DNA of 64,000 bases from Octopus vulgaris. Taxonomy: Eukaryota. A program made the translations under genes and the position numbers. This document shows, piece after piece, positions 1-12,778 of this stretch. The stretch covers positions 72,044,001-72,108,000 of the forward strand of contig OX597817.1 of NCBI GenBank assembly GCA_951406725.2. Reading direction: 5' to 3'. The notes under the pieces were generated by a model, which saw nothing but the letters and a program-made list of their open reading frames with translations, had not been told where the DNA came from and did not search any database. Positions within the stretch are counted from its first letter, which is position 1, and each line of letters opens with the position of its first letter.

Positions 1-1089
1 TTTATTGAATAAATTTACTCTTCAGTATTTCAAGATATTTTTATGTAATTTTGCCAAATATATCCGTTAAAGTGAGATGTCAGTGTTGTTTTCATCTTTA
101 CGTATTTTAGACGACAATATATTCAACGCACCCTATACATATACATATATACTTATACATATACGTATAGATATAATTATTTATATATATATATATATAT
201 ATAATATGTATACGTACACACGCACGCACACAGATATTCACACACACATGCGCACATTTGTACAGAGCGAACGGCATGCTTTTCCTCCCCCTCTCTCTCA
301 CTCAGACACGAGATCTCAAGTCCAATTTAACTGAATGAAATCATGGCTATATATTCTATACTTTAAGATCGATTCACAGATTGTAAGTTGACGAAAGCGG
401 TATAGAAGGCTGTCAGTTGGCTAGATTAATCTATCTGAAAATTTATGTCTTTAACACATGTAGTCATTTATGCCTTTAACACATGTAGCTTTTTATTGTA
501 TTTGTAAACTACGGTTTAGCTGGTCACTTTCTTTGACAGGAAACAGTTTTTTTCCAGATTCTTACTTAAATAACATAGGTACATGCTTCGATTATTATAG
601 GTACAATTATTCTTCTATAATCTGCATTGCTAATCAGTTGTACACAAATAATCTCTTTCTCGCTGATTTCTCAAGAAATGTTCACATCTGCAATTTTGCT
701 GATCTATTGAACCTATACTTTAATTTTTTGTCCTTAAGACCTATGTCAGACCTGTTATGTTCGCATTTGGCAGATGACTTGATGGGAATGTTCCAACAAT
801 ATTCCATATTTGAGACACTTAAATGTTCTGAACAGCTACATATTTTTGTTTTATTCCAACGTTGTCTTTCCTGCATATGACATTACATGTTATTTTAGCG
901 AGTACATCATGTTGCAGTAACTAGAAAACGAATGCAAGATTTTTAACATCTATCTTTCACATCTGCTATAGCAATTTTACTTTTCCATCATATTTTATTT
1001 GTCTTAAGTGTTTGACAGTATCTTATGTGAAACAGCTATTTGGTAGCGAGATTTAGATCTTGGATAGTATAATAATAACCTTCAACCAC

Positions 1090-1138
<49 letters not shown>

Positions 1139-1265
1139 AATAATAACATATAAATAATAATAATTGTATAAACACAAATATAAATAATAATATTTTATGA
1201 GCTTAAAGTTTTCAAGCGATCACCATATATTGGCTAAAGAAAATAGTCTAATACTAGATCATATA

Positions 1266-1674
1266 GGTGTAGGAGTGGCTGTATGGTAAGTAGCTTGTTT
1301 ACAAACCACATGGTTCCGGGTTCAGTCCGACTGCATGGCACTTTGGGCAAGTGACTTCTAGTATAGCCTCGGGTCGACCAAAGCCTTGTAAGTGGATTTG
1401 GTAGACGAAAACTGAAAGAAGCCCGTCGTATATATTTATACATATGTGTGTGTGTGTGCATATATTTGTGTGTCAGTGTTTGTCCCCCCAACATCGCTTG
1501 ACAACCGATGCTGGTGTGTTTACGTCACCGTAACTTAGCGGTTCGGCAAAAAAACTAATAGAATAAGTACTAGGCTTACAAAGAATAAGTCCTGGGGTCG
1601 ATTTGCTCGACTAAAGGCGGTGCTCCAGCATGGCCACAGTCAAATGACTGAAACAAGTAAAAGACTAAATAGAG
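1266..1674 (+). mobile_element. tRNA-derived SINE, family A, near full length
   Basis: Head GGTGTAGGAGTGGCTGTATGGTAAG...GGGTTCAGTCC (A/B-box-like), internal (TA)/(TG) tract, tail GGCGGTGCTCCAGCATGGCC...GAAACAAGTAAAAGA; close copies at 26645 and 31197. Confidence 0.9.
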
Positions 1675-1750
1675 AGTAAACCCACGACGGAAAAAAAGTG
1701 AGACTCGAACCTCGAACCTACATGCCTTATATTCGCGATAAGTGAATATA

Positions 1751-1790
<40 letters not shown>

Positions 1791-1877
1791 AAGGGTGAAA
1801 AGGAACACACGAGTTGATATATATGAAAAAACAAGTCAAAAATAGAAAATGCTAAAATAATTTTATAGTGAACATTT

Positions 1878-1915
1878 CAGTACCGGTTTCGGTCATTTTG
1901 AGACCTTTTCAACTG
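1878..1915 (-). ncRNA. Minimal type-I hammerhead ribozyme motif, U3-A8 variant
   Basis: Minus strand CAG-UUGAAAA-GGUC(ucaaaau)GACC-GAAA-CCG-GUA-CUG; stems I and II pair and stem III is the palindrome ACCGGU. Confidence 0.65.
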
Positions 1916-2519
1916 TAACGATTAAATAATTAAATTTAGAAAAATTAGAAGAAAAGTTTTTTTAAAGGAATATTTCTATAGTAGTGTTCAGATATAAGTG
2001 GCATTCTGCCTTTCTCTGACTCCCTTATTTGCACTTGTGTGGTTTTTACGGAAAGCCGTATGCAGTATTCACAAGCTTAACAAAACTCTATTCTACATCT
2101 ACATCCAATCTCACCACCCACTGAAATTCTTAACCATGTAACAACAAGAAAATTGCAGCAAGGCTGCGTGATAGTTGTGTCAGACGAAGCATGCAGGCCA
2201 TCATACAACTTGTTTGACTTGTGCATTTCATTTTTATTCCTCTCTTCCGTTTTACGAATCCAGTGTGCACATACGCATTGCGTGTTTATACTACTCTGTC
2301 CGGTTCCGATTCAAAACTGTTCACAGATCACAGCCATCTCATGAACCTGCGGTCGTGAGGAGCGCTTCGCACCCCGATGGTTGTGAAATAACTATCAACA
2401 AGTAAGTGCATTACCTCCAACGAAGCCACCCTTCAACATGACTATAGTACTGTAGCAAGGATGTCAAAGATGCTAGGGGAGAATTATCTAGCAAACACCC
2501 ACAAGGAAAAGATTTGTCA

Positions 2520-2995
2520 TATGTTATGAACCACAGTATATAACATTATTATAAAATCTAGTTGTGTTAAACGTTGCCTCTGTAAGCTATGAAAACGTTT
2601 TCCAAACGGCCAACGATAAAATTACCATAAAATTACCCAGAGAAAATGATTGTATGCCTTGCTAATTTTTGCACTCGTGACACATCAACAAACTTCATGC
2701 ATCTTACAAAGCACTCTGTCATGTGCCGTATGCACTGATAAAATAATTATTTTCCCAACATCAACTAGAAAACAACACGGTACACTTAAAGCTTATTTGG
2801 AAATAAAAAGACAAAGACCACAAACATTTCATTGGTAGTGTTTGGTAAATCAGAGGCATTTAAGAACGAATCAAATTTATCTGACGCCTCCTTTGCAAAT
2901 AAGTTATATATCACTAATTATCCACCCTAAACTTCCAAACTCAAATAAAATAAAGAGAGCATTAATTTCCACTTACTCACACATGAATTTCAAGG
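2520..2995 (+). mobile_element. Degenerate Penelope-like element ORF remnant (GIY-YIG endonuclease C-terminal region)
   Basis: Frameshifted peptides LKLIWK*KDKD, SEAFKNESN, ANKLYITNYP, NKIKRALIST resemble the PLE C-terminal pattern LSK.IW.LKD...C.LC..EK..I...LNKR.E..S.C.H; recognised by eye. Confidence 0.5.
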
Positions 2996-3925
2996 AAAGT
3001 AATCCCCTCCCCAATACATGACAGATGACCAATGATACATTTTAGAATCGTTCTTTTCTAGCCTGTTGAGGTGTTCTCACCCGATGGGGCTAAACTGCTA
3101 TCCAGGTGTGTACTCAGGTATTTCACATAAATTAACATATATAGGATTAGAATTCTACACACTACCAACATAAAGTTACATTAAGTACTTTTAGTTTTCT
3201 CTACCACAAGCTATACAAAAACTATATGTATATGTCCGTGAGTGTGTGTAAACATTTGTAGGGCATGCATTTAAAACATAGAAACGTTGTTTGTGGTTTG
3301 TTATTCTTGTACGGTAAACGGCAAGCAGTATAAGATGAATGGGCTGGAGGGTGACGTGGGAACATATTGACAAATGTTCAGTATGGACGAGTTGGCAAGG
3401 TGTAGTGGAGAGGGGGATGGAGATAGAAGAGAAGAGTATTTGTGCGGCGTTTGATGTGTAAGTACAGATTGTGGGGGCAGTTGTATGAATAGAAAGAGAG
3501 TAAGGAAATGGTATAGTCGTTAGAAACATAAGTGGCAATGACAGTTATCTGTTGTCAAGACAACAACGGTGACATTCAGTTTCTAGCTTTCAGAGACCGT
3601 CGATTAAAACGACATCTGTAATAGCGTATCAGTCACTGTGTATGTCAGGAAACACTTATCTTTGGGAGCTGCTGTAAACAAGAAATAACTACATTCTCCA
3701 TCAGGCATTTAACATAACTGGGACGAATGCAAAAGGAAAAAGAAAATTCATAGACGAAAACATATGGCTGGATCTCTCTTCCTAAGAAATATAACTATAC
3801 ACATAGCTATATAAATAAATAAATATATATCATGCGGGTATGAATATACATATGTATATATACATGGGTTGGAGTATGTGAATGAATATAAGCATGCCGG
3901 TATATATATATATATATATATATAT

Positions 3926-4078
3926 AGTTAATCCAAACAAGAAAGCACAAAAAAAACACAACAACGCGAGGACGTGGAACAAATATAGTATTATTGGACG
4001 CTCAGGAAAGAAGGAAGAAGGAGGGTTTAACGTTTCGAGCGGAGCTCTTCGTCGGAAACATAGGAAAAAATCGCCAAG
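3926..4078 (-). mobile_element. Short PLE-LTR-like repeat with hammerhead motif (family H1), inserted in (TA)n
   Basis: Near-identical copy at 26456-26642 and diverged copies at 41290-41452 and 51240-51435; HHR motif at 4025-4059. Confidence 0.75.
4025..4059 (-). ncRNA. Minimal hammerhead motif, U4C variant with an extra A after A9
   Basis: Minus strand GUUU-CCGACGA-A-GAGC(ucc)GCUC-GAAA-CGUU-AAAC; loopless stem III palindrome AACGUU. Confidence 0.55.
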
Positions 4079-4099
4079 GTTACATACGAGGTCACATTT

Positions 4100-4100
4100 A

Positions 4101-4151
<51 letters not shown>

Positions 4152-4152
4152 T

Positions 4153-4245
<93 letters not shown>
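4100..4245. repeat. (TA)n microsatellite
   Basis: Direct inspection. Confidence 0.98.
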
Positions 4246-4247
<2 letters not shown>

Positions 4248-4737
4248 TTAATGAGAGAAGGAAAAAGGAAGATACGAGGGGTTTTTTTATTAATCACTAC
4301 AATTGTTTCGACACATCTACCATCGATCCCTCACGGGTGGGATACTTTAACAACTGGTTCAGGAACATTCGACGGCGCGGGTATGTCTCTGCGCGTGATA
4401 AACAGATACAACTCTTTAAAATAACAGTTCTACAATGCATTGTGTGTTGCTTTCTTTTTTGCATCTGTTATTTCATTACTTATCTTCTATATAAATGAAG
4501 CTATATCCTTAAATTTGCTGCTTTTCTTTACAAGAACTTAGAAGTTACATTGCCGAACTATCATTTTAACGAGTTGTATCTGTTTATCATCCGAAGATAC
4601 ACATCATCACATGGTCGGATGCTCCTCAACCAGTTGTTAGGTATCCCACCCGTGAGGAGTCGATGCTAGATGTGTCGACACAATTGTATTGATTAATAAA
4701 ACCTCTCGTATATTCCATATTCCGTCTCTCATTAACC
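4246..4737. mobile_element. Fold-back element with diverged ~185-bp inverted arms, each carrying a decayed hammerhead motif
   Basis: Arms 4246-4430 and 4555-4737 are reverse complements (GGTTAATGAGAG / CTCTCATTAACC; ACGGGTGGGATAC / GTATCCCACCCGT); single-arm relative at about 61373-61450. Confidence 0.8.
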
Positions 4738-5089
4738 ATATACATAACGAACACTGCGAAAGTGACCTTGCTTTACAAGTAAGCTACCAGGTATAAACCA
4801 TTCGTTTTATTATCTAAAACCTAATACACACACATACACACACACCACACACATACATATATACATATATATATGTGTGTGTGTGTGTGTATGTGTGTAT
4901 GTATGCATGTATGTATATACAGGGTGACCTAGAAGTCACTAGATTATTTAGAATGAGCCTGTGTTTGTCAAGAACAAAATGATGGCGATTTGAAGGACAT
5001 CATTTTGAAAACAAATTTAAAATGTTTTCCAAGAAGTGTATTTATTGTTTATAAAAGAATAAATGCGAATATTTAATAAAAGCCGTACT

Positions 5090-5700
5090 GATAATGAACG
5101 CAGAAATGACGAAGTCCATAGAAATCGGTTATAGAACGGATAAGACAAATTGTCGAAAACATAAGCTGATGTGTGAGAATGAAGAAAAAACAACATCAGT
5201 ATTCCAGTAAACGTGAAAAATCAGATAAGAACATATTGACACCGACATCAAACTCTGCCTGTACTGCTAACGGCTATATACAAGCGAAACGTTTCAAGGT
5301 AAACTGTGAAATTGCCGAAAACTCTTGGATGATTCTCATCAAATTGCTTGGGGAAAATCCAGAGATTGTACGTTGAAGCATATGGGAAACGAAGACGTCT
5401 TTAGAAGATTATCTTTGCAAAGCTCCATAATATGGTGACAGAACAAAGTATGTATGAATGTAACTGGATGGTCACGTTGTTCGGCTGCTTGATCATCGGT
5501 TCGTGCAAATAGTGTTGAGATGAACACGAATAGGAGGAAGGAGAAGGTGGGAAAGACAACGAGACACTTGGAGCCGTACTTTTTTCAGGAAAGAATCTGG
5601 AGGTTGACAAGAGATACAAGGATAACATAGAACACGCAATAGATCAAGAGAACGGGAAGGGAGCTGCCGCCATACGCGTAAACATATGCGGAATGGGCTG
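5090..5700 (+). mobile_element. RTE-clade LINE 3' remnant
   Basis: Broken frames give TLPVLL and GHVVRLLDHRFVQIVLR*TRIGGRRRWERQRDTWSRTF, typical of the RTE post-RT C-terminus. Confidence 0.7.
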
Positions 5701-5817
5701 ACTGATTTATTTTAATTAGTGCAGCTGTACTTTGTAATCATATATGTAACTTGTAATTGTGGAAAGCAAAATAAAGGAACTGGCATCATTACTGCTGAAG
5801 AAGTAAATAAATACTAA

Positions 5818-6150
5818 AATCATCATCATCATCATCGCCATCATCAGCATCATCATCATCACCACCACCACCACCATCATTCTCATCATCATCATCATCA
5901 TCATCTTCATCACCACCACCACCACCATCACCATCATTATCATCGTCATCATCATCATCATCATCATTATCATCATCATCATCAGAATCAGAATCACCTT
6001 CATCAATACCATCGTAATCATCCTCATCCACGTTGTCATCAAAACCTTCATTAACTTCATGACCATTGTCTACGTAATCGTCGTCGTTGTCATCATCATC
6101 ATCATCATCATCATCGTCGTCGTAGTTGTCGCCGTCGCCGTCACCGCCAT
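5818..6150. repeat. Compound (CAT)n/(CAC)n/(CGT)n trinucleotide tract
   Basis: Direct inspection; explains the poly-D and poly-M ORFs. Confidence 0.95.
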
Positions 6151-6429
6151 CGCTGGTATTACCATACATCAACGACAGTATAGCATTACAGAAAATAGAT
6201 TGCAACACAGATTGAAATAGAGACAAGACCTTGTCATAAACATAAATATAACATTTACTAGGGCATTTTTAAAGATCTTTATTATAGATCCGTCTGTTCG
6301 TCCTTGTGCTTGCGTAAACAGATATAGAAATATGGGGGAAGGGGGAAGATGGGCGAATGCTGAGCAAAAGAGAGCAGAGTGAGACACAAGGCCGGAGAAA
6401 TGTTTCAGGGTAGTCTTTGATGTTGCTCA

Positions 6430-6462
6430 CCATCATCATCATCATCATCATCATCCTCATCA

Positions 6463-6506
<44 letters not shown>

Positions 6507-6534
6507 ATCATAATAATAATAATAATACTACTAC

Positions 6535-6590
<56 letters not shown>
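6430..6590. repeat. Compound (CAT)n(TAC)n(TAA)n microsatellite
   Basis: Direct inspection. Confidence 0.95.
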
Positions 6591-6591
<1 letters not shown>

Positions 6592-7117
6592 ATGTAATGA
6601 TATCGGATGAAAAATAGAGAGAGAGAGTATAAGAGAGAGGAGAGAGAGAAAGAGAGGGAGAGAGATATATATATTAGAACAGAGACAGAGATTGGAAGAG
6701 TAGAAAAAATGATAGAAAGAAACAGAGGGAGAAAAGGAAACAGACATAGATAAGAAAAGTGAGAAAGAAGATAAAGAAGGAAAGGAAGAAAGCATCTGTG
6801 AATATTTATTTACTCTTTCTAGAAGGTCAACAGTCCATGTAAGAAGCTCCCCGTTCAGTAGTTCAATATACGTCTTTAAGTATAAATATAAATATCATAT
6901 GCACAATGAAGCGGGATGAGAATTAATGACAGAATATTGGGTCCTTCGCCGAAGGCGTATGTGATATGCCTCAGACTCACACTGTTCAGTAGAAACTTAG
7001 AAGCTTTATTCTTCAGCAGCTTGATGTAAATAACCTGGTTTAAGATCAGGGTCTCAATATTTTTCCCGTAGGCATTTGCATTTAATTTCCTTTCGCTTGT
7101 GTGAGTGTACATGCGTG

Positions 7118-7140
7118 AGATAGATAGATAGCTAGCTAGC

Positions 7141-7221
<81 letters not shown>

Positions 7222-7501
7222 AGCTAATATGTTGAATGTCCATTTCAGACGTTCAGCCAGATGATGGTCATGATGAAAATGGCTGCAGAAAAACCTGTAG
7301 AGGCAGGCAGTGTAAACAAGTGTGACATGCGCCCGTGCCATTTTACTTCTTATACGTGCATACGTACAGTCAGATAGACACGTGTACGCTGAATCTGTAT
7401 ACATATGCGTGTGTGAGTATATGGGTGTGTGTATGTATTTGTGTGTGTTTTTATATATATATATATATATGTATATAAATATATACACACATATATATAT
7501 A

Positions 7502-7542
<41 letters not shown>

Positions 7543-7558
7543 GTATACACATACACAC

Positions 7559-7601
<43 letters not shown>

Positions 7602-7775
7602 ACACGCACGTATGCTCATACCATATACACATATATATACTCCTGTTGTGTGTACGTGTATATATATATGTACATATACATACATATATATATATATATG
7701 TATGTATGTATGTATGTTGTTGTATGTATGTATATGTATATATTTATATGTACATGCGCGTGTGTTTGTGTGTGT

Positions 7776-7830
<55 letters not shown>
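7118..7830. repeat. Microsatellite cluster (GATA)n, (GA)n, (TA)n, (TG)n
   Basis: Direct inspection. Confidence 0.95.
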
Positions 7831-7831
<1 letters not shown>

Positions 7832-8719
7832 ATTCATTTCGAATGGACTGAATGTTCTAGACAACCGAGTAGAATGTAACAGTGAGGGCTTAGTGCCTCA
7901 GGCAAGTTCAACAAAGTAATTTGCATTCCATTCGGAAAATGTTTCCGCCTGGATTACGCTGCTCCATGTGAACCTGATGAAAACTATATAGAATAGCATT
8001 ATGATTTGATTGCAATGCTATATAATCTCAATAAACAGCAAGAAGAAGAACAACAACAACAACATTAATAACAGATTTAAAACAATAAAACAATAAAGAG
8101 ACCATAAACATATGAATGTCTTTGTGACAACTTTTCCGAATGGTATTCATGAGATATAACTTTTCTTAATATCGCCATTTCCTGTTGTACATGCTTATCA
8201 CGCATTCTCGCAATACGTCTTATTGTGTACTGTCTTACGCAACACTACAGATATTTTATCGCCGAAACCTCTTTATATGATAACAGTAATAACTGATATA
8301 AAGCTTCAGAAGCAAGCATGTCGCTAAGAGTGCAGCACATAAATATGTAATAAACATTAGTATCGCAGTGCTTGTATCCACTTATCATTGTGGTAAAAGG
8401 TCACGCGTTTTGTGGGAAAAACGTAATCGATTTTAAAGACTTGTATTTAGCTGTAAGTTATGAGTGTCTATATTCGTATGGAGAAGAAAAGTCACGACCA
8501 CGATCGGATTTGAGGTGAGAGCGTATATGAATGTTACTAAACAACACCAGCAGGCATTTTACTCCTCATTTCATTTTACCGACTCTGTTAGTCCACAACC
8601 TTCACACATACGCACGCGCGCGCACATACACACATAGAGATATATATGCACATACACACACATCTGATACAATTGCATGGACGTGATTTTTTCCAGAGGT
8701 GTTCAATGGATGCCTACGT

Positions 8720-9521
8720 TATCAATGTTCAATGGACGTAGATGAAGAGCAAAGTTGCTCTGAATAAAATTTGAAATGGAAAATAGCGGGGCGGAGAAAA
8801 AAATGTGTCTTCCCAGCAAGTTTGTTGAAAGGTGGATGAGAGTGGCATACTGTGAGCATGCGCCTGGTGACTGAAGGACTTGTAGTCAGAGCAACCGTGT
8901 AGTAGAAAAGAACTGGAACAGGATGGAGAGCAGCATGTGCTGTCACTGAGAAATGGGCTGAGAGTTTAAAAGTCGGGGTCGTCTCCGTCTTATATTACTC
9001 TCTGAGCAGTCGCGACAGTCTGAAGACAACGCTCAGTCTCCTGATTTTTGTGGAAGGGTCATGTTCTATTAGTCTGATGCTCCACTTTCAATGATCGTAC
9101 AGGGGAAAACAGACATACCGTGGCCGATGATGCGCTGACATATGCTGGAGTTGCCATATCTCCAGCAATTCCTGACGGTGAACCGGTGTGATCGCCCTTT
9201 GTCAAATAGATTGTTCCACTGTTTGTCTCTTTGACAGACCTGCAATGCTGGATCAAGGACAAACCAATTCAGGGTAATTGGTATCTGGAATGTCGTCAAG
9301 CACTAACATCTCTTTACCAGTCTGGTAGGGTAGTCGGTGGAATTGATACCATGGCGTTTTATATAAGGTTAGTGGAGAGCAAATTCGATGACGTTCTTGG
9401 AAAAACTCTGGGTGTCGATGGAAATCAACTGGCTGGTCCGTTGCAGAGAAATTTCAATTCACAAAGCTATACTAAAGAAGGGTTAAAATATATGGGTTGG
9501 GACCTCCTAGCAGTAGAGTAA
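8720..9521 (+). mobile_element. Tx1/L1-clade LINE ORF2 remnant (post-RT region)
   Basis: Frameshifted LWKG motif followed by ORF 9231-9521 (WYLECRQAL...AFYIRLVE...DDVLGKTLGVD); GC-richer than the flanks; clade assigned from recall. Confidence 0.6.
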
Positions 9522-9696
9522 AACAATGGGCATGTTAAGATTATTTTAGTTAATTGTCGTTTTAAACAACAGAAACTTCAATGAAGTGTCATACTCTACA
9601 GATTCATAGAATTCATGTGTAGATCATTATCTTAATGTATTATATTACTATTATACGACCAAGGTCAACTTTGCCATCATCCTAGAAAGGGTTTTT

Positions 9697-9731
<35 letters not shown>

Positions 9732-9795
9732 TATTATTATATTTATCATTATTATTATTATTATTATCATTATTATTATTATTATTATTATTATT

Positions 9796-10352
9796 GAGTA
9801 ACAGGGCAGTGCATGCCATCAAAGTGACACTGGGGTACAAATACACGGATCCCATTATACCCATCATGACTACCCGTCTAACAAGGGTACACCATGCACA
9901 TGTTTCACAACCATATGTCCGCGATATGGTGGCCTCATATCAAGATAAACAGCATATGATCTGGGAGGTGGAGCAAATTAACATTTTCTTCAGGTTGAGT
10001 GGCCCATTTCATTAAAAAGATCCCTAATTAAGAGTTGTTTAAGAATGATTGATGAAACACCCAAGTTTTCAGAGGTGAATTATTCAAATTCTAAAGAATT
10101 CTTCTCAACACATGGTTGTAGTGATCCTCCACAGCTTCTGCTCGGAATTAAAGATGCACATATCGTTAGCCACTAAGAGACAAGCTCAATTGGTTAAGGT
10201 GAAGCAACTGACAAGCAAATATGTGATATTGAGCAGAATACTTGTTGTAGCTCAGGTTCTACACTATGGCAAAACATGTACACGTTAACACTTCCAATCA
10301 GTTAAAATCAAAAGCTATGAGAGCCTCTACCTGGTGTTGCATCAGAGTATTT
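9796..10352. mobile_element. Unclassified interspersed repeat fragment embedded in (TTA)n/(TCA)n
   Basis: Complex GC-richer block bounded on both sides by TAA-type microsatellites; probably LINE-derived. Confidence 0.45.
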
Positions 10353-10368
10353 ATCATCATCATCATCT

Positions 10369-10422
<54 letters not shown>

Positions 10423-10425
<3 letters not shown>

Positions 10426-10560
10426 GTTTGACTTTTGTTTTACATTTGCTCAAGCTAGCTCCATGTCTCACCCAGAGACCTCAAGAGACAACAGGTTGGA
10501 AGTTCATGTTGGTGTTATGCCTAGGGTGCCATACACTTGGTTTTGTACATAGTGTTGTAC
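10423..10560 (-). mobile_element. 3' UTR fragment of an R4/Dong-like LINE within (TAA)n
   Basis: Minus strand ends ...GTCTCTGGGTGAGAC...AAAACAAAAGTCAAACAT followed by (TAA)n, with (TAA)n also on the other side; Dong-type LINEs are known to target TAA repeats. Confidence 0.5.
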
Positions 10561-10583
10561 TATTATTATTATTATTATTATCA

Positions 10584-10650
<67 letters not shown>

Positions 10651-10661
10651 TATTATTATTA

Positions 10662-10716
<55 letters not shown>

Positions 10717-10929
10717 CATCATTATTATCATCATCATCCCGGCGACATCATCTTTGCTTTTTATTCTTTCATGGTCGATAAAATAATATCAACTAACCTA
10801 CCCGTCTCCTAAAATTGCTGGCCTTGTCCCAAATTTAGAAAGAATTTTCATAATTATCTTTGTTATTGTTGTTGTTTTGTGTTCGTCCTTACTGTGGCTG
10901 TCCTGAGCCGATTCAGAACTTCATTAACA

Positions 10930-12450
10930 CTAAAGGGTCTTCTTTTAAAAGGTGACCTTTATAGAAAGCAATTCTCTTCGATATTCCTCAAGAAGCATAT
11001 GGTCATAATTTTCAAACTATTCTGACCCGTGTGATTTATAATGTCATTATTCAAAGAAGATGAAAATATTTTCTACGCTATTTGAGAGAAGCATTTCATT
11101 TTCTAGTGTTGTTGTTTTGCAATAATTATCTGAATTTGCATCTAGTCACACGCAAGCCTTGACTTTTCATTATTGATGTTTCTTTTCGTACTTTAGAAGT
11201 TCATATAAAACTGCTGAAATGCATGTAGCGTTTTTTAATATGCGTGATTCTACAATAGATTTCTTTAAAAAAAATAGCGTTACATTTTTTCGTGTTATTT
11301 TCTCATAATTCTAGTTTGAAATGTTTAAAACAACCTCTGGGCTTACTGTCTTCTCATATTTTAGCAATTTAACGAAAACATGTTGAAATACAATCAACTT
11401 TTTCAATGCTTCTCATTCTTCAATGGAACTTAAGACACTATTGTCAAGTGCTTTGAGAGTATGCTAAGCTTTCTCTATAAAATTCTTTATAGTTGACGTT
11501 GTTCATATTTTTTCATGATAACTGATATTCATATATTCACTTGGTCATAAAAATGTTACTTCTAAATTCTCCAAAACATCTTTCGTATTGTTTTTTCAAC
11601 TCGTATTTTAGCTTTAACATAATTAGTAAATAACCGTTGTTCTAAATTGCCGTTCTATTAATTTGCTTTAGTATGACAGAACCAACAAGCATTAAATAAA
11701 ACACAACGGCTTTCAGACGAAATTATATCCGGATACTTTTTTATCTTCTGCTAGTTAACCAGTCGAAGTATAATGAAGAGTTTATGTGGCAATGAAGTAT
11801 TTCCACGTTCAATTACAGCTCGAACTCTTTCAATGAAATGCCAGCATAATATAATGAACTGCAAAAAAATTCCAGTTGATTTGGGGGAAATAAGGATAAA
11901 ATAAATTCCTTAGTCTCTTCAGCGAGCCATAAGATTTTGAAGCATGATTTGCTTCAAATTTCTTCAACGTTAATGTATGACGAAACCCCTAAGACTGGGC
12001 AAGATGAAAAAAAATGACCTTCCATCTTGCTGGCGTATACAGCAGACTAAAAACTGCAAGAGAAATCTGATGGATTGCTCGTTACCTGTCACCGATACCG
12101 GAAGTCCTGAAAAGTTCATTTACCTTCCCCTTCTTCCTTTGACCGACCCATAAAAATATTCAAGGATGTCTGTAAATCAATGAAAATGTTGTTTTCCCTT
12201 GGCAATTCAATAAAAGACAAGCAATCTTTCAGAATTCTAGACATCTACACAACCCTACCTCAGCACATGGAACGCAAATGATCAAGGCCTCCATGTTAAG
12301 AGCAAGAAGATGATATAAAATCCTCGCTGTAAATATCAGCAGCACTATGATATTGGAGGTTTCCCGTTGTCTTTCAGTATTACAGTTTCATCGAAATTTT
12401 GTCATTAAGAAATGATAAAATAGTTTACAACGATGATAGAATAAATACTG
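10930..12450 (-). mobile_element. Highly degenerate hAT-like transposase remnant
   Basis: Coding-like composition on the minus strand with faint similarity to the hAT dimerisation region (S.E..FS.L) near 11000-11100; many stops. Confidence 0.35.
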
Positions 12451-12732
12451 TGAGGAACGGTTTTTATTTATTCGTACTTATCAGTAATTAACGATCGATT
12501 TCTTTCAGGCAATATTCTGTATTGACAAAATATAATCCATTCCAATTTATCATGTATGGAATTGGCATAAATATGTGGTTAAGAAGATTGCATCACGGAT
12601 AGACTATTTTTGGTTTGATTCCATTGCGCAATGCATTGGATAGATGTGTTTACCATAACTCCAAAGTGTCCGATGCTTTCAGAAGAATGATAGATTTGCA
12701 GCTCTTTAACAAGTAATGGCCGCACATTTTTC

Positions 12733-12778
<46 letters not shown>

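Noticed and set aside
4917-5015. Tc1/mariner end fragment (TACAGGGTG plus a C-terminal-like peptide)
   Set aside because: Too short and no partner TIR was found; plausible but unsupported
5716-6226. Poly-Asp and poly-Met ORFs resembling acidic biomineral proteins
   Set aside because: Translations of a compound (CAT)n tract; no signal peptide or supported exon structure
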